A program made the position numbers and the translations under genes. Shown one piece after another: positions 41,451-52,480 of a stretch of DNA of 64,000 nucleotides. The notes under the pieces are model-generated. The model saw only the letters and a list, made by a program, of their open reading frames with translations. It did no database searches and had not been told where the DNA came from. The DNA comes from an uncultured virus (IMG/VR IMGVR_UViG_3300049581_000068) (taxonomy: Duplodnaviria; Heunggongvirae; Uroviricota; Caudoviricetes): the IMG/VR virus record IMGVR_UViG_3300049581_000068; one strand, written 5' to 3'. Each line of letters begins with the position of its first letter. The first letter of the stretch is position 1.

Positions 41451-44400
41451 TACGGCCTCCCCGGTGCTTGGTATTGCGCCGTTTGATGCGCGGCGATGTC
41501 GCGCGCGATGCCGTCGCCGGTGTCGCGGTGGCTGGCGTCGACGCTGATGTTGTTGGTGACGCCCTGTTGCATGCCCGGCCCCATGCCGTTCTGTGCGAAT
41601 GCCTGCTCGGGCGTCAGCGGCGGCGGTGCCGTCTTTCCGCCCTGCTGTCCGGCGACGTTCGGGATGGCCGGGAGCGCCCCGGCGATGCCGCCGAGGATGC
41701 GCGTGAACCAGCCGTTGTTGGCGAGCTCGGACCCGCCGGACGGTAGGAACGTCTGCATCAGCCCTTCGACGCCGATGCCTGCGAGCTGACCCGCGTACTG
41801 GATCGCGCGACTGCCCAGCTTCACGCCGGTCGCCGCGGCCTGGCCGACGCCGGGGAAAGCACCAGCGGCCAGATTAAGCGCGGTGTCGACGGTGCCACCC
41901 GGTGTGATGCCGACGCCACCGGCGCCGGTGCCGGTGGGCGGGCCGACCGTTGCGCCGATCTGCGTCGGGCCGACGCCGGGTTGGGTTTGCGTGGCCGCTG
42001 GCGCGCTCGGGGCGCCTACACCCGCGTTCAGTGAGCCCAGCGGGGCGCCGACGCTTGCGCCGGCCATCCCCGGCCCGTAGGCGGCAACCGACTGCGGTGT
42101 GCCGAACGGTCCGATGTTGCCACCGGGCGTGTTCGACATGCCCATGTCGGGAGCACCGAACGGCGAGCTGGACGTGATTCCGGCATCGGTGTTGATCTGC
42201 GAGGGGCCGAGCCCGCCGCCGGGCAACCCCGATGTGGAATTGGGTTCACTGGTGGCCGCGCCGGGGAGTGTGACGTAGCCCGAGACGTTCGGTAGTGCCG
42301 GCTGGCCGAAGTTCAGCGTGCCGCCGCCGCCGCTGTTGGGGCGTAGTGGGACTCCTGGCAGGAATGGTGACTCGCCAGCGCCGCCGCCGCCCATGAACGC
42401 CGATGCAGGGGTACTGGTGTCGACACCAGGCACCATGCCTTTGGTGATGGCCTCCCATGCCGACAGCCCTTGAGGTTTGGTGCCGTTGTATCCGGTGAAA
42501 GCTGTCCTGTTGGCGATTTCGATCTGCTGCTCACGGGTAGCCATTGCCGGATTCGTTTGTCCGGTGAGGTCGACGCCGCCAAATGCTTTCCATGTGCTTG
42601 GTGAGAATTGCAGACCGCCATAGTGGCCGGTGCCGTTGTCGGGGTGAGCCCAGTTACCGCTGGCTTCTGCACTGGCTACAGCATCCCACAGCGATGATCC
42701 CGCCGGTCCCGGCGGTGGGCCAGCGCCGGGACCGCTGGCCGGTGAGCCCGCCGGCGCACCGAGAAGTCCTCCGATCGTGCCGCCGCCAGGCCAGTTGGTG
42801 ACGAACACCGGTGTGCCGCTACCGATACCGGCTGTGCTGCCGAACGCCGCGTTGGCACCGGACGACACCACGCCCGTGCCATTGGGGTTGATGTTGTTGG
42901 GATCGCCCGGCTTGTAGAACGCATGAACATGGTTCAGGTGATCTTGCGACGGATCCCCGGTGTGTCCTCCGCTGTAGTCTTGCGGTGTGGCGCCGTGGCC
43001 GTAGCCGTATGTCTGGTTGTTGAAGATCGCGCCGTAGACATTCGGGTCCGAAAGGACTTGTTGTAGAACCTGATTGCCCGTAGCGATGTCGGGAACCATG
43101 ATGTCCAGCGCGCCGTTCTGATGCTCCCCGTACTTGTCGGCCTCATGGTCGCCAACTTGCAAGCCTTGGCTCTGCCAGAACGGCATCATCACTCTGTGCG
43201 CGAAGTCTCTAGCCGACTCTCCCGGCATCGCCTGCCCCGCGGCGCCGGTCGGTCCGTGCCAGCCGGGATAGGACGAGTAGTTGCCGTACGGCGAATTCGC
43301 CCCCGACGCCGAATACGGGTTCATTCCATCGGGGTACGGCCGACCGAGAATCGGCGACAAACCCTTCGAGATGTTGTCTGCCCCAAGGATTCCCATCAAG
43401 CCGAAGCCGCCCTGAATGGGTGAGGCATTGGCGGTGGCTTGAAGGTTCTGCAGTGTCGGCCCCAGCAGGATATTGCCGAGCATCTTCGTGAAGTTCTCAG
43501 CAAGCCCCGCCAAACCCTTGGACAATCCCAGGTCAGGATCCAGCGCGGCGCCGAGCTGATCCATTCCGTTCTTCATGTCTTTGGCTGTGCCGCGGAGCTT
43601 TTCGGCAAGATCGGCCTGCGCCTTTTGAAGCGCCTGTTCCTTTTCGTGCTCTTTCCACTTGGCGTCGTTGATCTGTTCGGCGGAAGCGGTGTTGCTTTGC
43701 TCGAGAGCGAGCCGATCCTTGCGTGCCTCTTCGAGATCGTGCGCCTTGCCCTCGAGCGTCGTTTCCTTGTCGATGACGTCTTGCGGGTTGGCTTGATAAC
43801 CCGGCGCCGAGTAGATGTCCGGACCGAGCGGGCCGATGCCGGTGACTGCCGGCAGGCCGGGAACCGGCGCGAACGGGTCGACTTTGTAGGTGGACGGATC
43901 CAGGTTGCCGCGGATCTGATTGAGAATGTCGCTGTCGGACAGCTTGTTTCCGTTGGCGTCTTTAGGCGGCGGCGCAGGAACCGCGGACGGCGCGTAGGGT
44001 CCGAGCCCGGCCGTTTGGTTGCTCTTGGCCCGCGGATCGTCGGACGGTAGCCACCCGATACCGGGCACCAGTACCATCTTCTGTCCCGTGGTGGGGTTGT
44101 CCCATGTCTTGGGGCCGTTGAGTGTTTGGTCGGTACCCGTGTACCCGACGTTGCCGTAGCGGCCCTGCTGCGTCCCACTCGGCGGCGTCGGCGTGTAACC
44201 GGCCCAGTCGCCGACGTCCATGTGCGGAATGTCTTGGTAGTCTTTGCCGCCCAGTGCTTGGCGCAGCGGTTTGAAGCCGGGGATGCTGTCGAAGAATCCT
44301 TGGGTGTTGTGACCCATGTAGTTCAGGCCGTCGATCACCTTGTTGACCAGGGTGGCGAACACCTCGGGAATGTCCATAATGGCGTCGCGCAATTCGCCCA

Positions 44401-45718
44401 GTGGGCCGTGCATGCTGTCGAGCTCGTTGCGCCACGTCTCGCCCATGGTCTTCGTGTCGAGCGTCAGAAAGCCGACAACTTCGCGCACTGTTTGAATGTC
44501 GTTTTTGAACGTCTCGATGTTCGACTTGCCGTCCGAATTGAAGACCCGGTAGAAGATTTGCGTGATCGCCGAAATTGCCGACCCGAGCTCTTTGACAGCT
44601 TCAATACCCTCGGCGATCCACTCGGAGAGCTTTCCGGACTGGCTTGCCTGACTGATGAAGTTTGCGAATTGCGTTGCGGCGTTGGAAATGTCCTTAGCCA
44701 GTCCCGGCAGGAAACTGGACCCTGCAGCGGAGATGTCGAGGAACGCCTGCGCAATGGACTGTGCCGCGGGCTCGAGATTCTTGAATGTGAGACTGATGTT
44801 CTCAACAAGCGTTTGAATCGAGCTCTGCCCGCCCGGCGACGATGCCGCGGAGATAACCCCCTTGATCATATTGTTGTATGACCCGGCGACATTCGTTGTC
44901 AAAGTTTGGATTTCGGGTAGAAACTCGTTGCTCAGGTTGTGTATCTGCTCGGCCAACCCGTTGAAGAACGCGTCTTGGGTGGCGTACTTGAGCTTATCGA
45001 GCTCGGGCAGAATGTTGCGGATCTCGAGCGCGGCCTGTTGTGCATTGGGGCCGAGCAACGCCAGCCCTTCGGCGAACTTCTCGGGATCTCGAATCTGTTT
45101 GAGGGTGTCGCCGAATCCGGCCGTTGCTAATTGCAGGGTGCCGATACCTGCCGCGGCTGCCGTTGCTGCCGCCGGCAGCAGGTACAGCGATTGGGTCGCC
45201 GTGGTCATAATGCCGATGGTGTCGACCAGGCCCTTGAGCAACGCCGGTCCCGCGATGGTGGCGATGCCGCGGCTCGTTCGGAAAGCAGCCGTACCGATCT
45301 GTTGAACGATGTCGCTCGTACTCTTCAGCGAGTCTTCGGCGTTTTGCAGATCGGCGATGTGCTTGCGCAGCGCCGCGCCGGCGGCCCGGTGGGCGTCGGC
45401 CTCGCGCCGGCGGGCGCGCTCTAAATCCTCCGATGCTCGCACCGCGGCTTGGGACCGAATGCCCGATCGCTGTACGACTGTGCCGTATTCATCGCTGGCG
45501 CGCGATGCCGAGAGGGTGGCGTCGGTCAGCGCATTGAATGCGCGCTGAACCAGTGGGCTGTCACGTGCGACGCGTCCGCTGATTCCCTTCATCATGTTGC
45601 CGCCGAAACGCTCTCCGAGCGCAGCGCCATCGGCGTCGAGCTGGCGCCCCATCTGCTCGACTTCGCGCCGGACCTGACGTTCGTGGATGCGAGCCAGGAC
45701 GTCGATATGGATTGCCAT
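41450..45718 (-). CDS. Tape measure protein with Rpf-like transglycosylase and putative peptidase domains
   Basis: Long Ala/Gly helical ORF after the chaperones; [13 protein letters not shown]...[19 protein letters not shown]...HLNHVH. Confidence 0.95.
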   Translation of the reverse strand: MAIHIDVLARIHERQVRREVEQMGRQLDADGAALGERFGGNMMKGISGRVARDSPLVQRAFNALTDATLSASRASDEYGTVVQRSGIRSQAAVRASEDLERARRREADAHRAAGAALRKHIADLQNAEDSLKSTSDIVQQIGTAAFRTSRGIATIAGPALLKGLVDTIGIMTTATQSLYLLPAAATAAAAGIGTLQLATAGFGDTLKQIRDPEKFAEGLALLGPNAQQAALEIRNILPELDKLKYATQDAFFNGLAEQIHNLSNEFLPEIQTLTTNVAGSYNNMIKGVISAASSPGGQSSIQTLVENISLTFKNLEPAAQSIAQAFLDISAAGSSFLPGLAKDISNAATQFANFISQASQSGKLSEWIAEGIEAVKELGSAISAITQIFYRVFNSDGKSNIETFKNDIQTVREVVGFLTLDTKTMGETWRNELDSMHGPLGELRDAIMDIPEVFATLVNKVIDGLNYMGHNTQGFFDSIPGFKPLRQALGGKDYQDIPHMDVGDWAGYTPTPPSGTQQGRYGNVGYTGTDQTLNGPKTWDNPTTGQKMVLVPGIGWLPSDDPRAKSNQTAGLGPYAPSAVPAPPPKDANGNKLSDSDILNQIRGNLDPSTYKVDPFAPVPGLPAVTGIGPLGPDIYSAPGYQANPQDVIDKETTLEGKAHDLEEARKDRLALEQSNTASAEQINDAKWKEHEKEQALQKAQADLAEKLRGTAKDMKNGMDQLGAALDPDLGLSKGLAGLAENFTKMLGNILLGPTLQNLQATANASPIQGGFGLMGILGADNISKGLSPILGRPYPDGMNPYSASGANSPYGNYSSYPGWHGPTGAAGQAMPGESARDFAHRVMMPFWQSQGLQVGDHEADKYGEHQNGALDIMVPDIATGNQVLQQVLSDPNVYGAIFNNQTYGYGHGATPQDYSGGHTGDPSQDHLNHVHAFYKPGDPNNINPNGTGVVSSGANAAFGSTAGIGSGTPVFVTNWPGGGTIGGLLGAPAGSPASGPGAGPPPGPAGSSLWDAVASAEASGNWAHPDNGTGHYGGLQFSPSTWKAFGGVDLTGQTNPAMATREQQIEIANRTAFTGYNGTKPQGLSAWEAITKGMVPGVDTSTPASAFMGGGGAGESPFLPGVPLRPNSGGGGTLNFGQPALPNVSGYVTLPGAATSEPNSTSGLPGGGLGPSQINTDAGITSSSPFGAPDMGMSNTPGGNIGPFGTPQSVAAYGPGMAGASVGAPLGSLNAGVGAPSAPAATQTQPGVGPTQIGATVGPPTGTGAGGVGITPGGTVDTALNLAAGAFPGVGQAAATGVKLGSRAIQYAGQLAGIGVEGLMQTFLPSGGSELANNGWFTRILGGIAGALPAIPNVAGQQGGKTAPPPLTPEQAFAQNGMGPGMQQGVTNNISVDASHRDTGDGIARDIAAHQTAQYQAPGRP

Positions 45719-46185
45719 CAGGCGGCCCCGTAGTCGCGGACGTCGTCATCCATGGTGTCGTTGAGGCTGGCGTCGGCGACCAGGGCCGCCGAACTGCGAT
45801 CGGCGAACTGGTAGAAGTCTTCGCGGCGTTCGGTTGTCGCCTCGAAGTCCGCGCTCTCTTCGCGCTGTTCCTGCTTGGTCAACAGCAACGGCGGTTCGTA
45901 ACGCTGACCACCGTGTACCGCGTGCATAGTGGCTCTGAGTCTAGCCAGTTCATTGGCTATGTGACGCCAGGTGATTTCCTCTTCGGAGTATTCACCGCCG
46001 CGCATCGACGTCTTGAAAGCGCCTCGCTCGGGCATCCATTCGAGCAATTCAAGAAGCTCGTAGGACGACATCTCTTCGCGATGCCACTCGGAGATGCGGC
46101 GGTGGTGAAACTGCGAAAGGTCGCTAGCTATCTGCCGCGGAAACTGACGCCAGATCCACTGAGCTTCTAGCACTTTTGGAGTCAC
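45718..46185 (-). CDS. Tail assembly chaperone, downstream (T-like) ORF
   Basis: Overlaps the upstream chaperone and precedes the tape measure. Confidence 0.8.
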   Translation of the reverse strand: MTPKVLEAQWIWRQFPRQIASDLSQFHHRRISEWHREEMSSYELLELLEWMPERGAFKTSMRGGEYSEEEITWRHIANELARLRATMHAVHGGQRYEPPLLLTKQEQREESADFEATTERREDFYQFADRSSAALVADASLNDTMDDDVRDYGAA

Positions 46186-46699
46186 GCTGTTGCCGCTCCT
46201 GAATCAGTAGGCTCTGCTTGCCCCAGATTTTCCAGACGTCTTTGGCGCTTTTGCCGCCCTCACGCAGCCTCTTGTAGTCGATGTCGCCGAGTGCGATCTG
46301 CACCAGCCGCACCGAGTGCGGCGGCTTCACAAGCTGACCATTCTTGCGGTATGGCGTCTTCAGAGATCCGCGGATCGTCTCGCCGGGGACGAGCGGCCCA
46401 GTTTCGTTGCCGTCCTTGTCCTTCTCGTAATGGTCGGGAATGGTGATGTCGGGGTTGCGATCGTATTGGGTGTCGATCTCAAACAGGTATTCCTCGTAGG
46501 ACTCGAGCTGATCGTCGTCGAGCATCCCGTAGTCGGGGTGCGGCGGCACCTTCAGAATCTCGCCGTTGTCGAGCGGTAGGTCGGTGGTGCCGAACAGCGC
46601 CTCGTACTCGTCGGCTTGGGTGAGCGCTTCGGCAGCGGCGTTCTCGCCGGCGGTGGGGAGCTTGGTGGGCAGTTCGGGGGTGTCGGCAGCTTCAGTCAT
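46124..46699 (-). CDS. Tail assembly chaperone (G-like)
   Basis: Position; likely start MTEAAD. Confidence 0.8.
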   Translation of the reverse strand: MTEAADTPELPTKLPTAGENAAAEALTQADEYEALFGTTDLPLDNGEILKVPPHPDYGMLDDDQLESYEEYLFEIDTQYDRNPDITIPDHYEKDKDGNETGPLVPGETIRGSLKTPYRKNGQLVKPPHSVRLVQIALGDIDYKRLREGGKSAKDVWKIWGKQSLLIQERQQRDSKSARSSVDLASVSAADS

Positions 46700-46748
46700 G
46701 TCATCGATCTTCGCACCGTTATGACCCGATCTGATGTAGTGTCCCAAT

Positions 46749-47234
46749 ATGGGTCGACAAGCATCTGTAGGTGATCAATTACGGCAACGGATCCAGTCTG
46801 AGCGTGAACGCCGCGGACTATCCCAGGCCGACGTAGCCGACTACCTGACACGCAAGGGCATTCCTTGCTACCGCACCACCATCACCAAGATCGAAGCGGG
46901 TATGCGCGACGCACGCGTCGACGAGATCAGCGCCATCGCCGACATGTTCGGCATTTCGCTGGACGCCCTCACTGGTCGCACACCGCGCGACACCGATCTG
47001 CTGTGGGCGGTGTCCAAGTTGACCGGCAACGCGCAGAAGATGTCCACCGAAGTCAGTGCACTACGCCTGCGATTCATCGCCGACGCCGAAGACGTCCGTG
47101 CAATCGCCGACGACTTTCACGCCGCCGATCTGCTGGCCTACAGCCACACGGTGGCGGCCAAACTGAGCGAAGCCGGCGGCGCGCTCACGCGGCTCGCCAA
47201 CATGTTCCCGCTGCCCGCCGCGGCGAAATCGTGA
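46749..47234 (+). CDS. Xre/Cro-C1 family HTH transcriptional regulator
   Basis: RERRGLSQADVA...TTITKIEAG.R...ISAIADMFGISLDAL; leaderless TAGTGT-6 nt-ATG. Confidence 0.92.
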   Translation: MGRQASVGDQLRQRIQSERERRGLSQADVADYLTRKGIPCYRTTITKIEAGMRDARVDEISAIADMFGISLDALTGRTPRDTDLLWAVSKLTGNAQKMSTEVSALRLRFIADAEDVRAIADDFHAADLLAYSHTVAAKLSEAGGALTRLANMFPLPAAAKS

Positions 47235-47393
47235 GGCGTCCCGGCCGGTTGCGTCGATGGTTCATCGCCAGGCGACTCGGGTTGCGTTGCTTGGTGTGTG
47301 GGCGTCGCGCCGGCTACGGCGGCATATGCCCGAACGCAGCGCACAACGGTTGACTCTCCGCAACGTTATCGGTGAACTTTCACAGGGAGAGAC

Positions 47394-47993
47394 ATGACTG
47401 CTGAGCCGCTATTCGAGGCGCTCAAAGACGAGTGGACCGAGCGGAGAATGCTCGATCTGCTGCACCTGCGGTACTCGCAAACCAACCCTGGCAACGGGCC
47501 GCGCTACGCCTGCGCAGAGCACGTCAAGAACGCCGCCGGATTCTACGCTCGCCGCTGCGCAGACTTCATCGCGGTCGACTGCTGGCCCACCGGAGGCATC
47601 GAACTGCACGGCCATGAGGTCAAGGTCAGCCGCTCCGATTGGCTACACGAACTGAAAGACCCCACGAAAGCCGACGCATTCAAGCAGTACATGCACCGCT
47701 GGTGGCTCGTCGTGCCTGATGCCAAGATCGTCAAACCGGGCGAGCTACCCGAGGGCTGGGGGCTGCTCGTCGTCGGCAAGCGGACCACGCAAGGCGCATG
47801 GCCGAACTACCACGAAAGACGCACCGAGTTCCGGCTCAAAGCCGCAACGCAAGCGCCAAAGCTCGACCCCGAACCGGTCCCCGTCGAACTGCTGGCAACG
47901 CTCATGCGATCCACAGCGAAAACGTCCAAACGACGGGCGCACGACACGTTCTGCACGGCACCGTGCAACCACCCGTCCCGCCTGCTGGCGTGA
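47394..47993 (+). CDS. MmcB-like PD-(D/E)XK nuclease-fold protein
   Basis: RCADFIA...GHEVKVSRSDW..EL...ELPEGWGLL. Confidence 0.8.
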   Translation: MTAEPLFEALKDEWTERRMLDLLHLRYSQTNPGNGPRYACAEHVKNAAGFYARRCADFIAVDCWPTGGIELHGHEVKVSRSDWLHELKDPTKADAFKQYMHRWWLVVPDAKIVKPGELPEGWGLLVVGKRTTQGAWPNYHERRTEFRLKAATQAPKLDPEPVPVELLATLMRSTAKTSKRRAHDTFCTAPCNHPSRLLA

Positions 47994-48001
47994 CCCGCAG
48001 G

Positions 48002-48843
48002 CTGACAGAAGGAGCGACATGTCTACACGCCGATTGATACGCACCAACGTCTGTCCGACCTGCTCAGGGTCGATATGCATGACCTGCGGCCACCCGACAC
48101 CGATGCACATTCAGGATTCAGACGGCGAGCGGTTCTGCACCATCAACACCACCGAGGGATGCGAATGCAAAGCCGACCCGCGCGAGCCCGTTCTACCGAA
48201 GGCCAATAACGCCATGCTGGACGGTTTCGCTGAGAAGCTCATGCGATTCGCAGCCACCCCAGCGTGCGAGCACTGCCCACACGCTCCGCACAACGGGCTC
48301 TGCGGCAAGGGCATCAACAGCGATGGCCGCACGTTCTGCGCGTGCCGAGGCGAAAACCCGCCGCCGTTCTGGCGCGACCGGACCTGACAGAAGGACGACC
48401 ATGAGCGACAGCGAACTCAGCGACGACGAAGTGGATGCCGCACTCGCGTTGGCGATTGCCGGATTCGACCCCCGCGACCGCTACCCCGAGTGGGGCAACG
48501 CCTCACTGCGCGAAGCATACCGAGCGGGCTGGGAAGACCGCGTGAGCTGACAGAAGGAGCGATGGCTTGACACACAATCGGATCATCCGTCCACCCCAAG
48601 CGCCGCGTCCGGTGCAACGGCGGTTCCAAGTTCGGGATCGCGTGGTGGTTGTAGACGGACCGCCGAACGCCGACAAGTCCCGCATCGTCGGTCACTACGG
48701 GCACGTCCGCGAAATCCTCGGCGAATGGGTGCTCGTCGACATCGAAGGCCGCATCAGCGGCCCGGTGTACGAACCGGCCACTGAGTTCGAGCACGGATGG
48801 GCGTTCCTGCCCTCCGAACTACAGCACGCAGACTGACAGAAGG
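48002..48843 (+). repeat. Four copies of CTGACAGAAGG at gene junctions
   Basis: Copies at 48002, 48384, 48547, 48833. Confidence 0.9.
48019..48836 (+). CDS. Three small genes: 48019-48387 (Cys-rich), 48401-48550, 48567-48836 (KOW/SH3-like)
   Basis: Each preceded and followed by CTGACAGAAGG. Confidence 0.65.
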
Positions 48844-48866
48844 CAGCCTATCGGCGGCGCAACGAA

Positions 48867-48904
48867 TTCGGCCCCTCCCCCCGGCAGGAAGGGAAGGGGC
48901 CGAA
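48867..48904. terminator. Hairpin between convergent transcription units (probable bidirectional terminator)
   Basis: TTCGGCCCCT / AGGGGCCGAA inverted repeat. Confidence 0.7.
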
Positions 48905-48917
48905 GCTCGTTGAGCGA

Positions 48918-50036
48918 CTACGAGGTGGTGACGCTGTTGGACACCGCGGTCGTCGCCGTGGCGCCGTTGGTGCCCTCGGCGGTCAGACGGAACTTGTACG
49001 ACGTCGCCGTGGTCAAACCGGTGATGTTGTACGTGGTGAAACCCGCGGACGGCGAATCGTCGGTCGTCGAGCCCACTGTGGCCGCCGACCACGAACTGAA
49101 GCCCGGCCCCGCGGCCTTTTCGACAGCGACGGTGAACGGGTCGCCGGCGCCAGCCGGATCCTTGATCGACACTGTGGCCGTTGTGCTTCCGGTCTGTGTT
49201 GCCAGCGGGGTACCGGTCCACACCGGAACGCCGCCCATCGCCGCCCAGCCGTCGCCAGAGGACCATTCCACGTTGAGCAGAGGAATGAGCTCGTCGGAAG
49301 TCGGGTCGTTGGGATCCTTGCCGACGAGGTAGGGATCGGGCAGCACCATGTAGCCGAGCTCGCCAGCGTCCGGATCGGTCTTCGACCGCCGGAAGTTGCC
49401 GATGTTGTTGAGCTTGCACAGCGAATAGCCCTCGGCCGTATAGACGTAACGGCCGCCCTTGCGTCGAGCGAAGAACAGGATGATCTGATACTCGGGGCCG
49501 TCGTTGTCGATCGGCTTGCCGATGACGAAGTTCTCGGTACCGGGATCTTCCACGATCGGATTGCCGTTGGTGTCCGAGAGCGCCAGGTTCATGCGCAGGC
49601 GCTTCATCAGCGGCTTGAGCGTTTCAACGCCGGTGAAGTTGATCGACAGCGACTCGTCGGTCAGGTCCGAGTCGAACGGCATGTTCGACTGCAGGATCTT
49701 CTGGTTGTCGTTGTTGATGTCGTAGGCGCGCTCGGGGCCGCCGTCCTCGGTCATCGCACCGATGAGCCAGAAACCCTCGTTGGGATTCGGGTTCGTGATC
49801 CATTGACCGTCAACACGAATGACAGCCCACAAGTCGTCGCGAGGGTTGCCGTCCAACGCGAAAGGCGACCAGTTGCGTGTCGGCGGGGAGCCCGCGGTCC
49901 ACGGGCTGATGTTCGTTGCGGCGCCGCGGTTCATGCGGATGCCGATGGCGGCCAGCCCGCCGCGGGTATTGAACCGGCTGTCAACGTCGGCGAAACCGCC
50001 GGCCCTCCATGACGTGCCAGTGCTCGGGATTGCCAT
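48918..50036 (-). CDS. Major tail protein with C-terminal FN3/Ig-like domain
   Basis: Synteny after tail terminator; YNITGLTTATSYKFRLTA. Confidence 0.88.
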   Translation of the reverse strand: MAIPSTGTSWRAGGFADVDSRFNTRGGLAAIGIRMNRGAATNISPWTAGSPPTRNWSPFALDGNPRDDLWAVIRVDGQWITNPNPNEGFWLIGAMTEDGGPERAYDINNDNQKILQSNMPFDSDLTDESLSINFTGVETLKPLMKRLRMNLALSDTNGNPIVEDPGTENFVIGKPIDNDGPEYQIILFFARRKGGRYVYTAEGYSLCKLNNIGNFRRSKTDPDAGELGYMVLPDPYLVGKDPNDPTSDELIPLLNVEWSSGDGWAAMGGVPVWTGTPLATQTGSTTATVSIKDPAGAGDPFTVAVEKAAGPGFSSWSAATVGSTTDDSPSAGFTTYNITGLTTATSYKFRLTAEGTNGATATTAVSNSVTTS

Positions 50037-50061
50037 TGGTTACACCTTTCGCTGTGTCGCT

Positions 50062-50511
50062 CTACGACATTTTCGCATACGACAGACCTATTCGATATGT
50101 GCCGACTTTCCGGAGAATTTGGTCGTCACCGTACTCTTTCCATGCCGGCCGTCCCGATACATCGACGTAGTCGATGCTGGCCGTTCGCCCGCCTGGCAGC
50201 GGAACGTCTTCGAGGTAGGTCGCCAACAGCAGCATGCGTCGATGCGTGCGGTCAGCCTCGTCCCTCGCGGCGCGGATCGCTGCAGCGGACCCATCGCCCT
50301 TGTCGCACAACGTGTGAATCGACACCAGCTCGTCGACGGTGCCCTCTTCCACGCACTCGTTACCCGGCAGCGCATGCACCAGAACGAACGGCAGCGGTGC
50401 ACCAAGTGGTCGAATGTGCGCCACCTGCCCATCAGCCTGCAACGGCTTGAGCCACGAAACGCACACCGTCTCAACGTCGTCGGGGCCGACGTCGAGCAGC
50501 TCGGCGGTCAC
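50062..50511 (-). CDS. Tail terminator
   Basis: DVETVCVSWLKPL...PLPF...VSIHTL; synteny. Confidence 0.75.
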   Translation of the reverse strand: MTAELLDVGPDDVETVCVSWLKPLQADGQVAHIRPLGAPLPFVLVHALPGNECVEEGTVDELVSIHTLCDKGDGSAAAIRAARDEADRTHRRMLLLATYLEDVPLPGGRTASIDYVDVSGRPAWKEYGDDQILRKVGTYRIGLSYAKMS

Positions 50512-50951
50512 GGGGCCGTACCTTCGAAGTGGTGCGCGGTCGCGCGCGCCGGGCCGTACTCGGGCGTAGGCGTGTTCGGACCCCACGGCGATCGGCTACC
50601 AGGCTTGTCCACGCCGGTGCCGAATTCGATGAAGTTGGCGTTCGGGCTGGTGTTGCGAACCTGATAGCCCGCCGCGAAACGGCCGGCGTCGGGGCCGGTC
50701 CCTCCAACGCGGTTTCGCTTGACCTCGAAAGACTCTTCGTAGCTGCCGGGGCCGCCACGCGACCACGGATGGTTGGGTGGGGAGTAAACCGACCCAACCG
50801 CTTGCGGCCAGGCGACGTTCTTCCAGTAGTTCATCACCTCAATGGCGAAAGCCTTCGTCCGCGTTTGCGGTTCGTCGTCTTTCGCGATCTTCGCGATGAT
50901 CTCGCGCGTCGCCTTTTCGATCTCGACGCGACTCACATGGACTTCAGCCAT
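50508..50951 (-). CDS. HK97 gp10-like neck protein
   Basis: ANFIEFGT...PTPEYGP. Confidence 0.7.
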   Translation of the reverse strand: MAEVHVSRVEIEKATREIIAKIAKDDEPQTRTKAFAIEVMNYWKNVAWPQAVGSVYSPPNHPWSRGGPGSYEESFEVKRNRVGGTGPDAGRFAAGYQVRNTSPNANFIEFGTGVDKPGSRSPWGPNTPTPEYGPARATAHHFEGTAP

Positions 50952-51342
50952 CGCCACTCCGACGACGGTTGCGCGGCTTCGGGGACGCTTCGGGCTCGGG
51001 CTCGGGATTCGGATCAGCCTGCTCGGATCCCTCCGCGGCCTCGTCGCTCTGCTCGGGCTCGCCGCTGGGCTCGTCGGACTGTTCCTGTTCCTGCTGGCCC
51101 TCGTTGGCGTGTTCGGCGGCCTGCACGTCCGGAGAATCTGTGGATGCGGCGCCCGAATTGGCCGACAGGACAACACGGGTCGGATCGCCGGGATAGTCGG
51201 GCTCGGCATTGAGCCGACGCAGGTTCGCCCCGCCCGCAGCGAGCTTGTCATCCAACTCGACGACACCGCCGGTGCGCGAGGTCACCAGAACTTTGCCGTC
51301 CGCGACGACCTTGCCCGGTCCCATGATCTGATAGGTGCCCAT
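50944..51342 (-). CDS. Hypothetical protein with acidic tail
   Basis: ORF in the head-tail block. Confidence 0.6.
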   Translation of the reverse strand: MGTYQIMGPGKVVADGKVLVTSRTGGVVELDDKLAAGGANLRRLNAEPDYPGDPTRVVLSANSGAASTDSPDVQAAEHANEGQQEQEQSDEPSGEPEQSDEAAEGSEQADPNPEPEPEASPKPRNRRRSGDG

Positions 51343-51351
51343 CGCATTCTC

Positions 51352-51714
51352 CTAGCCGGTTGCCTTTTTCGAGATGATAGTCGTCTTGAACGGGTTACCC
51401 GCGGCGTCGGGGTGCGTACGCGGACCGCCGATGATCTGGTACTTCACGCCATTGACAGTGATCTTGTCGTTAGCCTTGGCGTCCATCACCGCGGCACGCA
51501 GTGTGTCGTCATAGATATGCACGGGAATCGTTGAGCGCCAATACTCTGTCGCGATGTCGAACTCGAGCTCGGCCGTCTCCGCGAACGTCATCGGGCGGTG
51601 CCGGCAATTGGTTGCGTCGTGATTGACCGGGACCAGATCGAAGTTTCCCAACTCGTCGGATGCGCCCGACTTCTCAAGATGGGTGAACCGAATCGTCTGA
51701 TCGCCGAAGATCAT
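51352..51714 (-). CDS. Head-to-tail stopper
   Basis: MIFGDQT...DELGN...ITVNGVKYQIIG. Confidence 0.75.
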   Translation of the reverse strand: MIFGDQTIRFTHLEKSGASDELGNFDLVPVNHDATNCRHRPMTFAETAELEFDIATEYWRSTIPVHIYDDTLRAAVMDAKANDKITVNGVKYQIIGGPRTHPDAAGNPFKTTIISKKATG

Positions 51715-51868
51715 CGCGGGATGGCCCAGTAGTGCTCGAGGAACTGTTCGGCGATGGCGCGGTCGCAACCGATCGCGTAGATGATGTCGCTGACCGTCGC
51801 CTCGCGAAACGCCGACAGGTCGGGCTTGACGCGAATGGTGACGCCGGGACCGTCTGTTAGGGCAGGCA

Positions 51869-52477
51869 TCAGCCGAACTCCAAGGTGGGTAGTCGGTACT
51901 TGTCGATGATGTTGCCCGCCGAGAACAGCACGTCCTCAGCGAGCGCGGCATACGGGTTGTAGGCCACCTGCACGTCGTCGACGCGCCAGGACCGCTGGCC
52001 GAAGTCACTCATCCCGGTCGCTGCCTTGACCGGGATGAGCGACATCTGATCGACCATCGACAGGATCGCCTGGCGCCAATCGACGGCCTCAGTCTCGGAG
52101 AAACCGTGCGACATCACAATGTCGATGCCGCTGTACTGGTCGGTCCAGTAGCTACCGTTGCGCTTGCGCAACCGAACCTGTTCGGGCATCAGGGCTGTCG
52201 CACCCGCCGACGCGGCGACCGAAGTGGGATCCAGCCCGATCCCATCTTCGGTCACCGACGTCAGTTCGGTGATCTTCATGGTCGGCAGCCGCAGGACGCG
52301 ACTACCGGGACCGTCGATCGTCACCGCCTGGTTCGGCAGCACCGGCGAGACGTGCCAACCGACCTCGCGCCTGACGGCCTGCAACGCGGCGTTGAGCATG
52401 CGCTGCGTCTCGGGGTCATCCGGCGCGAGGCGTCCCTTGGTGTATGCGGAAACGTCGGCGGGTGCGAGCTCGGCCAT
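51869..52477 (-). CDS. Head-to-tail adaptor
   Basis: VRREVGWHVSP...DGPGSRVLRLPT...SHGF. Confidence 0.85.
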   Translation of the reverse strand: MAELAPADVSAYTKGRLAPDDPETQRMLNAALQAVRREVGWHVSPVLPNQAVTIDGPGSRVLRLPTMKITELTSVTEDGIGLDPTSVAASAGATALMPEQVRLRKRNGSYWTDQYSGIDIVMSHGFSETEAVDWRQAILSMVDQMSLIPVKAATGMSDFGQRSWRVDDVQVAYNPYAALAEDVLFSAGNIIDKYRLPTLEFG

Positions 52478-52480
52478 CGG

